Source: a virus. From it: DNA of 64,000 bases. The DNA is taken from IMG/VR virus record IMGVR_UViG_3300030108_003282, positions 30,927 to 94,926 of that record. One strand, given 5' to 3'. Position 1 is the stretch's first letter, and every line of letters begins with the position of its first letter. Under the pieces are notes generated by a model. It searched no databases and had not been told where the DNA came from. It saw nothing but the letters and a program-made list of their open reading frames with translations. A program made the translations under genes and the position numbers. Positions 56,218-64,000 of this stretch are shown here, in pieces.

Positions 56218-58083
56218 ATGACTCAAGCCCCCAATAAGAAAATTTTAAGCGACATTACAGTTCACATGAAATATGCAAAATACAATCCAGAAATTTTGCG
56301 AAGAGAGTCGTGGGATGAAATTGTAGAAAGAAACATGCAAATGCACATCAAAACATACCCTCAACTTGAAGAAGATATTAGAGATGTTTATACTCATTTT
56401 GTTAAAACCAAAAAGGTTCTTCCTTCTATGCGTTCAATGCAATTCGGTGGTAAGCCAATTGAAATCAGCCCTAATCGGGTCTATAATTGTGCTTATATGC
56501 CTATTGATACTCACATCGCTTTTAGCGAGGCTATGTTCCTATTATTAGGAGGAACAGGCGTAGGATATTCAGTTCAGCGACACCATATTGAATTAATGAC
56601 TCCTATTCAGCATCCTAACCCAAGTCGCCAACGACGATATTTAGTCAATGATTCAATAGAAGGTTGGGCTGATGCAGTAAAAATTCTAATGGAATGTTAT
56701 ACTGGTATTAGAACATCTACACCTACATTTGATTATTCGGATATTAGACCAAAAGGTTCTCTTTTGAAAACTTCTGGTGGAAAAGCGCCAGGCCCACAAC
56801 CATTAAGAGAATGTCTCGTTAAAATTGAAGGTATGCTTCAAAACATTCCTAATGGTTCTATGTTAAAACCAATTCAAGCACACGATATTATGTGCCATAT
56901 TGCAGATGCAGTTCTAAGCGGTGGTATTCGTCGTGCGGCTATGATTAGCCTATTTTCAGCAGATGACCATGAAATGATTGCTTGTAAATCTGGTAATTGG
57001 TGGGAAAATAATCCACAAAGAGGCAGAGCAAACAATTCAGCAGTATTACTACGACATAGAGTAACTAAAGATTTCTTTATGGATTTGTGGAACAGAATTA
57101 AAGCATCTGGTTCAGGAGAACCTGGAATTTATTTTAATAATGATAAAGACTGGGGAACTAACCCTTGTTGCGAAATTGCACTACGACCATATCAATTTTG
57201 TAATTTAACTGAGGTAAATGCCTCAGATATTGTAGACCAAGCCGATTTAGAATCAAGAGTATCAGCCGCAGCGTTTTTAGGAACATTACAGGCTGGATAT
57301 ACTGATTTCCATTATCTTCGTGAAGTTTGGCGTAAAGCAACTGAAAAGGATGCTTTGCTCGGTGTTTCAATGACAGGAATTGCTTCAAATGTTGTTGAGC
57401 ATTTAGATTTAGAAATGGCCGCATATGAAGTTAAGAAAGAGAATGAGCGTGTTGCTAAAGAAATAGGGATTAATCCAGCATCAAGAACAACTTGTGTTAA
57501 ACCTGCTGGAACCACTTCCCTTGTTCTTGGCACAAGTAGTGGTATTCATGCTTATCATGATGAATATTATATTCGTCGTTTGCGTGTTGGTAAGAATGAA
57601 GCAATTTATGGTTATCTCGTAAAACATCATCCTGAATTAGTTGAGGATGAGTTTTTCAATCCGCACGAACAGGCTGTTATTTCAGTTCCGCAAAAAGCAC
57701 CAAAAGGCGCAATTACTCGCCATGAATCAGTATTTGATTTGTTAGAACGAGTTAAAAACTTTAGCATTCGTTGGGTTCGTGCAGGACATAATGACGGATT
57801 AAATACTCACAACGTTTCCGCTACCGCTTCTATCAAAGAAGACGAATGGGAAACTGTTGCCGATTGGATGTGGCTTAATCGCCATTATTACAACGGTTTA
57901 TCTGTTTTACCTTATGATGGCGGAACATACACTCAAGCACCGTTTGAAACTTGTGATAAAGAAACATATGATAAATTGACTCAATCTCTAAAAGATGTTG
58001 ATTTAACCATGATTCAGGAACTACAAGATGATACTGACCTTTCAGGCGAATTAGCCTGTGCAGGTGGGGCTTGCGAAATTTAA
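56218..58083 (+). CDS. nrdJ: Class II (B12-dependent) ribonucleotide reductase
   Basis: NPCCEI, CNLTEV, TCVKPAGT, C-terminal CAGGAC; no R2 subunit adjacent. Confidence 0.9.
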   Translation: MTQAPNKKILSDITVHMKYAKYNPEILRRESWDEIVERNMQMHIKTYPQLEEDIRDVYTHFVKTKKVLPSMRSMQFGGKPIEISPNRVYNCAYMPIDTHIAFSEAMFLLLGGTGVGYSVQRHHIELMTPIQHPNPSRQRRYLVNDSIEGWADAVKILMECYTGIRTSTPTFDYSDIRPKGSLLKTSGGKAPGPQPLRECLVKIEGMLQNIPNGSMLKPIQAHDIMCHIADAVLSGGIRRAAMISLFSADDHEMIACKSGNWWENNPQRGRANNSAVLLRHRVTKDFFMDLWNRIKASGSGEPGIYFNNDKDWGTNPCCEIALRPYQFCNLTEVNASDIVDQADLESRVSAAAFLGTLQAGYTDFHYLREVWRKATEKDALLGVSMTGIASNVVEHLDLEMAAYEVKKENERVAKEIGINPASRTTCVKPAGTTSLVLGTSSGIHAYHDEYYIRRLRVGKNEAIYGYLVKHHPELVEDEFFNPHEQAVISVPQKAPKGAITRHESVFDLLERVKNFSIRWVRAGHNDGLNTHNVSATASIKEDEWETVADWMWLNRHYYNGLSVLPYDGGTYTQAPFETCDKETYDKLTQSLKDVDLTMIQELQDDTDLSGELACAGGACEI

Positions 58084-58092
58084 GGTGATTAA

Positions 58093-58458
58093 ATGAAACT
58101 CTTCAAAGATTATGAAGAGTATTTAGAAACAATAACAATTATGTGTAGAGACCTATCTGATGAGTCTCTTAAAAAAATAGTAATGGCAATAAATGTCTGT
58201 GATTCTTACATGGATGACAGCGAAAAAATATATAGGCTAAATACTACTGTAATGAAATGTCTGTGGGAAAAACAGGAAGCCATCGAGATGGGATTCTCTC
58301 AATATCTTAAAAAAGAATATAAGAAGATAAGAGAAGCCATTGATTATTATAAGGCTAATAGTGAATATGATGAAACTTTTATTCAAACAATGGATAAAAT
58401 AAAAAATAGAATGAGGAATATAAATGAAAGAAAAAGACCCGCAATACGTTCTCAGTAA
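58093..58458 (+). CDS. Hypothetical protein
   Basis: AGGTGA RBS. Confidence 0.6.
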   Translation: MKLFKDYEEYLETITIMCRDLSDESLKKIVMAINVCDSYMDDSEKIYRLNTTVMKCLWEKQEAIEMGFSQYLKKEYKKIREAIDYYKANSEYDETFIQTMDKIKNRMRNINERKRPAIRSQ

Positions 58459-58589
58459 AAGAAATAATAAGCCGATAGCCACACGCTGTCGTGTTTGCGG
58501 TGGTCAATTATTATTGGCTCACGAAATTAAAAATGAAATACATGACTCCTGCAATATAGATAACAAAAATGTATATATGATGTGATAAT

Positions 58590-59753
58590 ATGAAACTTAA
58601 AATATTAAAACCAGATGATAGCCAAATGTATCATACTTGCAATATTACTTGCGAAACCTTTCTTTTCCCCGAAGAAAAAATAGTGAGTTATTCTAGGTCA
58701 GCAAAAGACCCAATTCAAGCAGGACTTGAATCTTATTGGAGAAATCTTATTTCTCCAAGAAGAAAAAGACGGAATTATTACAATGATTATGGTTTTGGTG
58801 AGCAGTTTCATCATATTGTTTTCATTGAAGAATGCCCAGTTGTTCTTTCAAGAGAAGGTATTCGTTATCAATTAAACGGTAAGTCTTACAGTCTAGCAAC
58901 TATTTGTTCTGCTTTGGCTAGAGTTACTTACAAAGCGTGTTTTAACAAAGATGGAGCAACATTGTTATCTTCACTATATGCGACCCTAGATTTACCAGAA
59001 AATGTCAAGTATTGCTTAGAAAATCGTGCACCGTATCATTTTATTCATGATTGGGTCAAACAAGATGTTCGTTTGAATGTCATGCAAATTGATGATAAAA
59101 TGCTGGCTATGGAAATTAGTGATGGTGTTTGGGGTGAAATTACTCCCAAACAGTTGGATTCATACTGTAATTTTTACTTGCATGGTAAGAAAAGGGGAAG
59201 TTGGAAACTTCTAGGCCCAAAGAAATTATATACTAGATTAATGGGTCGTGAACCAACGGATGCGGAGGATAAAGTTATGCGAGCGTTTTTAATGCAAAAT
59301 CGTATGCAAGACATCGTAGATGCAAGAGCATTGGAATTAGTTGCTGATATGTTAGTACAGCATAAAGGACGCATTTCTGCCCATTATGATGAAAGTGGAG
59401 TTTTGACTACTCTCTTTATTAGAGGTAAAGACTACGATTGGAAACTTACTAATAACCGATATAAGTCTGGTATTCAAATGGTTTCTACCTTTGTTTGGCA
59501 ACCTCTTAAAGAAACAATAAGAGATGAAGAGGATGTTTCAATTATTATTGGAAGCAAATACACTGAACCTGACTGGCGAGGGCCGATTTGTATTGATAAC
59601 ATGGCAGAAGGTTCTCCATTAGGCGACCAATTCGCAACTAGGGCATTAGCCCTTCTAAACGATTCTTTAACAATAAAAATAGTAAATACAATTAAGTCTT
59701 ATCTTAAGGCTGAACCGAATGAATATAGGATTGATAGAAATGATTTGCGATGA
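58590..59753 (+). CDS. Hypothetical protein; possible E2-like C-terminal domain
   Basis: WRGPICID resembles the E2 catalytic G.IC(L/I)D; weak. Confidence 0.4.
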   Translation: MKLKILKPDDSQMYHTCNITCETFLFPEEKIVSYSRSAKDPIQAGLESYWRNLISPRRKRRNYYNDYGFGEQFHHIVFIEECPVVLSREGIRYQLNGKSYSLATICSALARVTYKACFNKDGATLLSSLYATLDLPENVKYCLENRAPYHFIHDWVKQDVRLNVMQIDDKMLAMEISDGVWGEITPKQLDSYCNFYLHGKKRGSWKLLGPKKLYTRLMGREPTDAEDKVMRAFLMQNRMQDIVDARALELVADMLVQHKGRISAHYDESGVLTTLFIRGKDYDWKLTNNRYKSGIQMVSTFVWQPLKETIRDEEDVSIIIGSKYTEPDWRGPICIDNMAEGSPLGDQFATRALALLNDSLTIKIVNTIKSYLKAEPNEYRIDRNDLR

Positions 59754-60597
59754 GTGTGGTTGTAGCGAAAATATTTATGATGAAACTCTTGGAGAAAGAG
59801 TCTGCGCTGATTGTGGATTAGTTTTAGTTCAAGAACTATTTGAAGAAACGGTCCATATTATGGACAAAGTGGGTAATCTAAAACACTCAGCCGATAAAGG
59901 CAAATTAGGCTCAGTCATTACTGGAAAAGGCTCTTTCAAATTTAATAAGTTTGGAAAAAACAGCGTTGTTCCACAACATATTCAAAGGGCTCTTATGCAT
60001 TGTAATATGGTTCTAGCGCAAGTTGCGCCTAACCTAAATCTTAACGAAAGAGTTGAAAAAATATATATGGAACTTCACAACAAAAATATTTTTGGTAGAA
60101 CACAATTAGAAGCAAGAGCAACTGCTGTTGTTTTTTACGCTCTAAAAGAAAACGGAACTCCGCATCCTATGAAAGATGTTATGGCTGAATTCAATCCTAA
60201 TGAAAAGTCTGTTAAAAGACTAGTTAGGAAAATTAATCAAGTTTATCGCAATAGTGCAAACTATGTTCAAGTTAATCCTCAGTATCAACTTGAGCAAACC
60301 TTATCTAAGGTAAGTAATGATTTAGAGTTTAGAAGACAATGCTTGAAAGTATTGGAGTTCTTTGAAGCAAAAGTAGAAAAGAACACCTTTAATAAAGGAA
60401 GGTCTTATTATGCGGCAATCATTTGGATTAGTGCTAAAATGAATGTCAATACTTCAATCAAAGATAAATTACTCTCGGAGAAAACAGGCTTTTCTCGTTG
60501 GGTGATTTGGAGACAGACCAAAGAAATACTTGGCATGGTTGGTCTTGAAAATGCTCGTCAAGTAAAAGGAAAACAATTAAGTGAATTAGGTGAATAA
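59740..60597 (+). CDS. tfb: Transcription factor B (TFIIB) homolog
   Basis: CDECG...GERVCADCGLV Zn ribbon; two cyclin repeats (GR..EA.ATAVVFYA; GR...AAIIWIS). Confidence 0.85.
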   Translation: MICDECGCSENIYDETLGERVCADCGLVLVQELFEETVHIMDKVGNLKHSADKGKLGSVITGKGSFKFNKFGKNSVVPQHIQRALMHCNMVLAQVAPNLNLNERVEKIYMELHNKNIFGRTQLEARATAVVFYALKENGTPHPMKDVMAEFNPNEKSVKRLVRKINQVYRNSANYVQVNPQYQLEQTLSKVSNDLEFRRQCLKVLEFFEAKVEKNTFNKGRSYYAAIIWISAKMNVNTSIKDKLLSEKTGFSRWVIWRQTKEILGMVGLENARQVKGKQLSELGE

Positions 60598-60781
60598 AAT
60601 GGGATTAATGAGTGAACTACACATTATGTTAAGCAACGGGGCTACCGTGAAAGAAATCGCAGACTGGATTTTTAGTTTGAAAGTAAGTCGTGGTGAGACA
60701 ATCAATGAAGATACTTTAGAGGGTTGTTATTATACCGCTAAACACTTTTACGAACAGTTTCATTATGGGAGTGGTGTTTGA
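60590..60781 (+). CDS. Hypothetical protein
   Basis: ORF track; coupled. Confidence 0.5.
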   Translation: MNKMGLMSELHIMLSNGATVKEIADWIFSLKVSRGETINEDTLEGCYYTAKHFYEQFHYGSGV

Positions 60782-61104
60782 TGTTTGAGAAAGAATGGAA
60801 TAGAATAGCAAAGAAAGTTTATACTAACGCAGTTAATCATGGATTTTGGAAAGGTGAAGTAAATGATGGCGAAAGGATGGCTTTAATCCATGCTGAAATA
60901 AGCGAGGCATTGGAGGCTTTGCGTGAGGGCAATCCCTCATCAAACAAGATTATTGAATTTACTAATCTTGAAGAGGAATTGGCAGATGCAGTAATTCGTA
61001 TTATGGATTATGCATTTGGTAAAGATTTAGACATAGCAGGTGCGATTCTTGCTAAATTAGAATATAATAAAAACCGTGAATTTATGCACGGTAAATCGTT
61101 TTGA
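60781..61104 (+). CDS. MazG-like NTP pyrophosphohydrolase
   Basis: LIHAEISEALEALR, EEELADAVIRIMD, KLEYNKNR. Confidence 0.85.
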   Translation: MFEKEWNRIAKKVYTNAVNHGFWKGEVNDGERMALIHAEISEALEALREGNPSSNKIIEFTNLEEELADAVIRIMDYAFGKDLDIAGAILAKLEYNKNREFMHGKSF

Positions 61105-61425
61105 GGTGAAAAAAGATGTGTGAACACGATTGGAAACAGACAGACAGTTATGCTGGTACCTTCTGGGAAGGATATGGCGTTGATGCTGTAATGTTTGAAG
61201 AATTAATAATTGAATACACCTGCACAAAATGTGGAGCAATTAAAGAGGAATAAATATGAATAATCAAGAAAAAACAGAGAAAGCATTTTTAGAACATAAA
61301 GAAATGATAATGACATTATTGAGGAATACTCATTCCGAAGGAGTTAGAAGAAAAGAAGTGAATATTTCTTTTGAGGACTGGTTATCTATTATGGCCTTTG
61401 AAAACATAACAAAGGGGATGAACAT

Positions 61426-61722
61426 ATGAATAATGTAAAATTAACATACTATATACAGAACAATAAAAATGAATACGAACACCATACGGTGTCTGGAGAA
61501 TTAGTCGTGGGTAATGCCATGTTTTCGGATATGCTAGGAGTGAGGAATGATAAAGAAGGTATTATTCTCTTTCCTGCATCAACATTAGTTAGGCTGGAAG
61601 CAAAAGAATTAGACGATATGTTCTTCGTTAAGTTTAATTTGTTGCAAGAAGTGATTAATCATCAAGATACAGAAATGTCAAATAAAATCAACAATGGTGG
61701 AGGAAACCATTTGTTTAGTTAA
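61426..61722 (+). CDS. Hypothetical protein
   Basis: ORF track. Confidence 0.55.
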   Translation: MNNVKLTYYIQNNKNEYEHHTVSGELVVGNAMFSDMLGVRNDKEGIILFPASTLVRLEAKELDDMFFVKFNLLQEVINHQDTEMSNKINNGGGNHLFS

Positions 61723-61734
61723 GGAGGAATAAAT

Positions 61735-62163
61735 ATGCAACTAGAATTAGGAATAGTAATAGGAAGCCTGACTACGGGAATAATTTTTATGATTATTACC
61801 CGTTTTATTAACCGCCCCGTATTAGAACCAACTATACATGATAGGTTCAATACATTAGTATGGTCTAAAATAACTAAACAAGGTATGGAGAGAAATAAGA
61901 ACAACTTCAAATCTTTTACTCAATCAATTTATGGTTGGGATAAAGATGATGAAGGTAACTTAACTCCTAATTGGGATGAACAAGCAGTTATTGATGAAAT
62001 GAAAAGAATGAGAAATCAAAATCAAAGTTGGTCAGGAATCGCTAGAACATTGAATGAAAAAGGATTCAAAGGAAAAAAGGGCGGTAAATTTACCCCACAA
62101 ACAATTAAAAGAACTATGGAAAATCCTTTCCATGATAAGAGAACTCAATTTAAGGAGGAATAA
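61735..62163 (+). CDS. TM-anchored protein with serine-recombinase-type DNA-binding ('Recombinase') domain
   Basis: YGW....GNL.PN..EQAVI...S..GIAR.LN..G...K.GGKF....I; no catalytic domain. Confidence 0.7.
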   Translation: MQLELGIVIGSLTTGIIFMIITRFINRPVLEPTIHDRFNTLVWSKITKQGMERNKNNFKSFTQSIYGWDKDDEGNLTPNWDEQAVIDEMKRMRNQNQSWSGIARTLNEKGFKGKKGGKFTPQTIKRTMENPFHDKRTQFKEE

Positions 62164-62165
62164 AA

Positions 62166-62723
62166 ATGAGAAAAATATTAGTAATTGGAGCAGGAGGAAT
62201 TGGAAGTTTTCTAATTCCTATTTTAGATAAAGTTGGTCTTTACCGCATTCATGTGGCTGACCCTGATGGAGTAGAAACAAAGAATTTACCCTATCAAAAC
62301 TTTAAGAAAGGTCATGTTGGACAGAATAAGGCTCAAGTAATGATGGATTCCTATGAATCTGTTGCTACTTTCAGCAAATACCCAGTTTTGACTGAAAAAC
62401 AAATGCAAGGCTATGACCTTGTGATTTGTTGTGTGGATAACATCGGAGTAAGAAGAACGTTATACAACACAACCCTTAAATGGCTTGACCTACGAGCGCA
62501 AGGTAGAAACGCTGCGCTTGTGTCGCATAAGGCTGACCCTAAAATGTACGATATGCTTTTAGCGGGGGATGATAAAAGTTATTCTTGTCAAGGAGATTCA
62601 TGGGATGGAACAAATAGCAATGTTCATTTCATGCAAGTCGCAATTGCAGGAATTGGCGCACAATGGACGCAAAGATATTTTAATAAAGAAGAAATAAGAG
62701 AATATATGGTGGTGAATGTATGA
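62166..62723 (+). CDS. ThiF/E1-like adenylyltransferase
   Basis: GAGGIGS, D.D.VE.KNL..Q, GQNKA, CVDN...R, YSC. Confidence 0.9.
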   Translation: MRKILVIGAGGIGSFLIPILDKVGLYRIHVADPDGVETKNLPYQNFKKGHVGQNKAQVMMDSYESVATFSKYPVLTEKQMQGYDLVICCVDNIGVRRTLYNTTLKWLDLRAQGRNAALVSHKADPKMYDMLLAGDDKSYSCQGDSWDGTNSNVHFMQVAIAGIGAQWTQRYFNKEEIREYMVVNV

Positions 62724-63976
62724 CCAGAGGAAAAAAATATGAATGGACAAATGATGAAGACGGATTTTTGATTGTCATGAGAATGAAAGGCTTTAATTGG
62801 TCTGAAATTGCTAGGCAAGTGAATGCTAAGTTTAAGAGAAATACTGTTGGCCATGTCTGTAAAACCAGATATAACACTATTATGGGTATTGATGTTAAAA
62901 CTCAATTTACCACTGAACAATCAGACTTTGTGCGCTCTATGTTTTTAAATAATTTTAGAACGCCGCAGATTATCACAGGATTCAAGGAACAATACCAGAG
63001 AATCATAAATGAAGACGATATTGACTTCATCCTGACACAAACCTCACATGAGGACAAAGTGGAGAAGGAAATTAAAACACAAAAAGAAAAAATAAAAAAG
63101 GAGATGAAAAGAATGAAACCAGCAAATGCATGGACAAAGGAACAGGAAGAAGAATTACTTGCTTGTGGTTCTTGGAGTAAAGCGATGAAATTGGATAATG
63201 GTCGCTCGGTAGCGGCAAATAACCAAAGGTGGTCTTTGTTGAAAAAGCAAGGCAGAACACCCGCTAAGAAACCTGCTTCTTCAAAGCCAAAAAAGACAAA
63301 GGAGCCAAAGAAGACGAAGAAACCAAAAAAGCCGAAGCATAAGGGTGGCCGCTTGTCTAACAAGGAATTAGACTTGATTAGGAAGTGTGGAACTGTTGAA
63401 GAAGCACTGGCTTTGAATTTGCGAAAGCCTGAAACGATTATTCGTTATTTTGCTACACTTAAAACGACTGAGCCAAAACAACCCAAACCTGAGAAGATAG
63501 CAAGAAAAGAACGAGGTACTGCTTATTCTGATGAAGAAATTCAACTTATTCTGTCTTGTGATTCTCTTGGGGAAGTAAAAGCATTAAAGGTAGGAAATCG
63601 TTCTTCTGCAAGTATTGTTCAAAAATATTACAGTTTGCGAAAGCAATATCCTTCGCACTTTTGGAACCAAAAGGATGAATATGATTTGGTTTTGAACTTT
63701 TACGAACTTTCGATTGATGAGGCTCGAAAGCGGTTTAATCGCTCATACGGTGAAATCGCAACCCGCTTAGAAAAGATTGTTGATAGCACAGAACCCAAGT
63801 ATATTTCTATGCTTATGGAGGCTTCAACGGAAATCAAGGCTCGCAAGGAAGCGGAGAAACCAAAGCCAAAACAAAGCCGCAGAATGCTACGGAAGGCCCG
63901 AAAGAAGGCCAAGAAAGAGGCCAAGTTGAAGGCGAAGTTGCAGAAGTTGAGAGGCGAAAAAGATGGAAAACAATGA
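62720..63976 (+). CDS. Myb/SANT-like HTH repeat protein
   Basis: Six repeats starting WTNDED, FTTEQ, WTKEQE, LSNKEL, YSDEE and WNQKDE. Confidence 0.7.
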   Translation: MTRGKKYEWTNDEDGFLIVMRMKGFNWSEIARQVNAKFKRNTVGHVCKTRYNTIMGIDVKTQFTTEQSDFVRSMFLNNFRTPQIITGFKEQYQRIINEDDIDFILTQTSHEDKVEKEIKTQKEKIKKEMKRMKPANAWTKEQEEELLACGSWSKAMKLDNGRSVAANNQRWSLLKKQGRTPAKKPASSKPKKTKEPKKTKKPKKPKHKGGRLSNKELDLIRKCGTVEEALALNLRKPETIIRYFATLKTTEPKQPKPEKIARKERGTAYSDEEIQLILSCDSLGEVKALKVGNRSSASIVQKYYSLRKQYPSHFWNQKDEYDLVLNFYELSIDEARKRFNRSYGEIATRLEKIVDSTEPKYISMLMEASTEIKARKEAEKPKPKQSRRMLRKARKKAKKEAKLKAKLQKLRGEKDGKQ

Positions 63977-64000
63977 ACACAAAGATTGGACAAATACCGA

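Noticed and set aside
47889-63993. Minus-strand ORFs opposite the early genes
   Set aside because: Antisense shadows.
1-64000. Stop-codon reassignment or diversity-generating retroelement
   Set aside because: Genes are intact and densely packed in the standard code; no reverse transcriptase or TR/VR pair noticed.

Overview
Part of the genome of a large, AT-rich tailed dsDNA virus (Caudoviricetes) with an archaeal host. Host evidence: GAGGTGA ribosome-binding sites, TTTATATA boxes and a TFB/TFIIB homolog. The best fit is a 'magrovirus' of Marine Group II/Poseidoniales; this is inference, as no database search was possible. 1-41.9 kb (minus strand) is the morphogenesis block: tail genes with a -1 frameshifted chaperone pair, a small-GTPase/membrane-protein module, HK97-type capsid, protease-scaffold, ATP-dependent ligase, portal, terminase and many putative internal head proteins sharing a W-x-x-(I/L)-(I/L)-K tag. 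46.4-64 kb (plus strand) carries early/replication genes: UvrD helicase, DenV-like glycosylase, class II RNR, TFB, MazG-like protein, Ubl plus E1 (and perhaps E2), a Myb-repeat protein and 2 tRNAs. The standout lies at the strand switch (42.0-45.7 kb). Seven single-gene cassettes in mixed orientation are each bounded by the palindrome CAAAG-N(4-9)-ACCATATGGT-N(3-10)-CTTTG, with fixed promoter geometry and 3' hairpins. One cassette looks like a ~530-nt structured RNA. An origin-like GAGAC repeat cluster follows. All family assignments come from motif recognition by eye.
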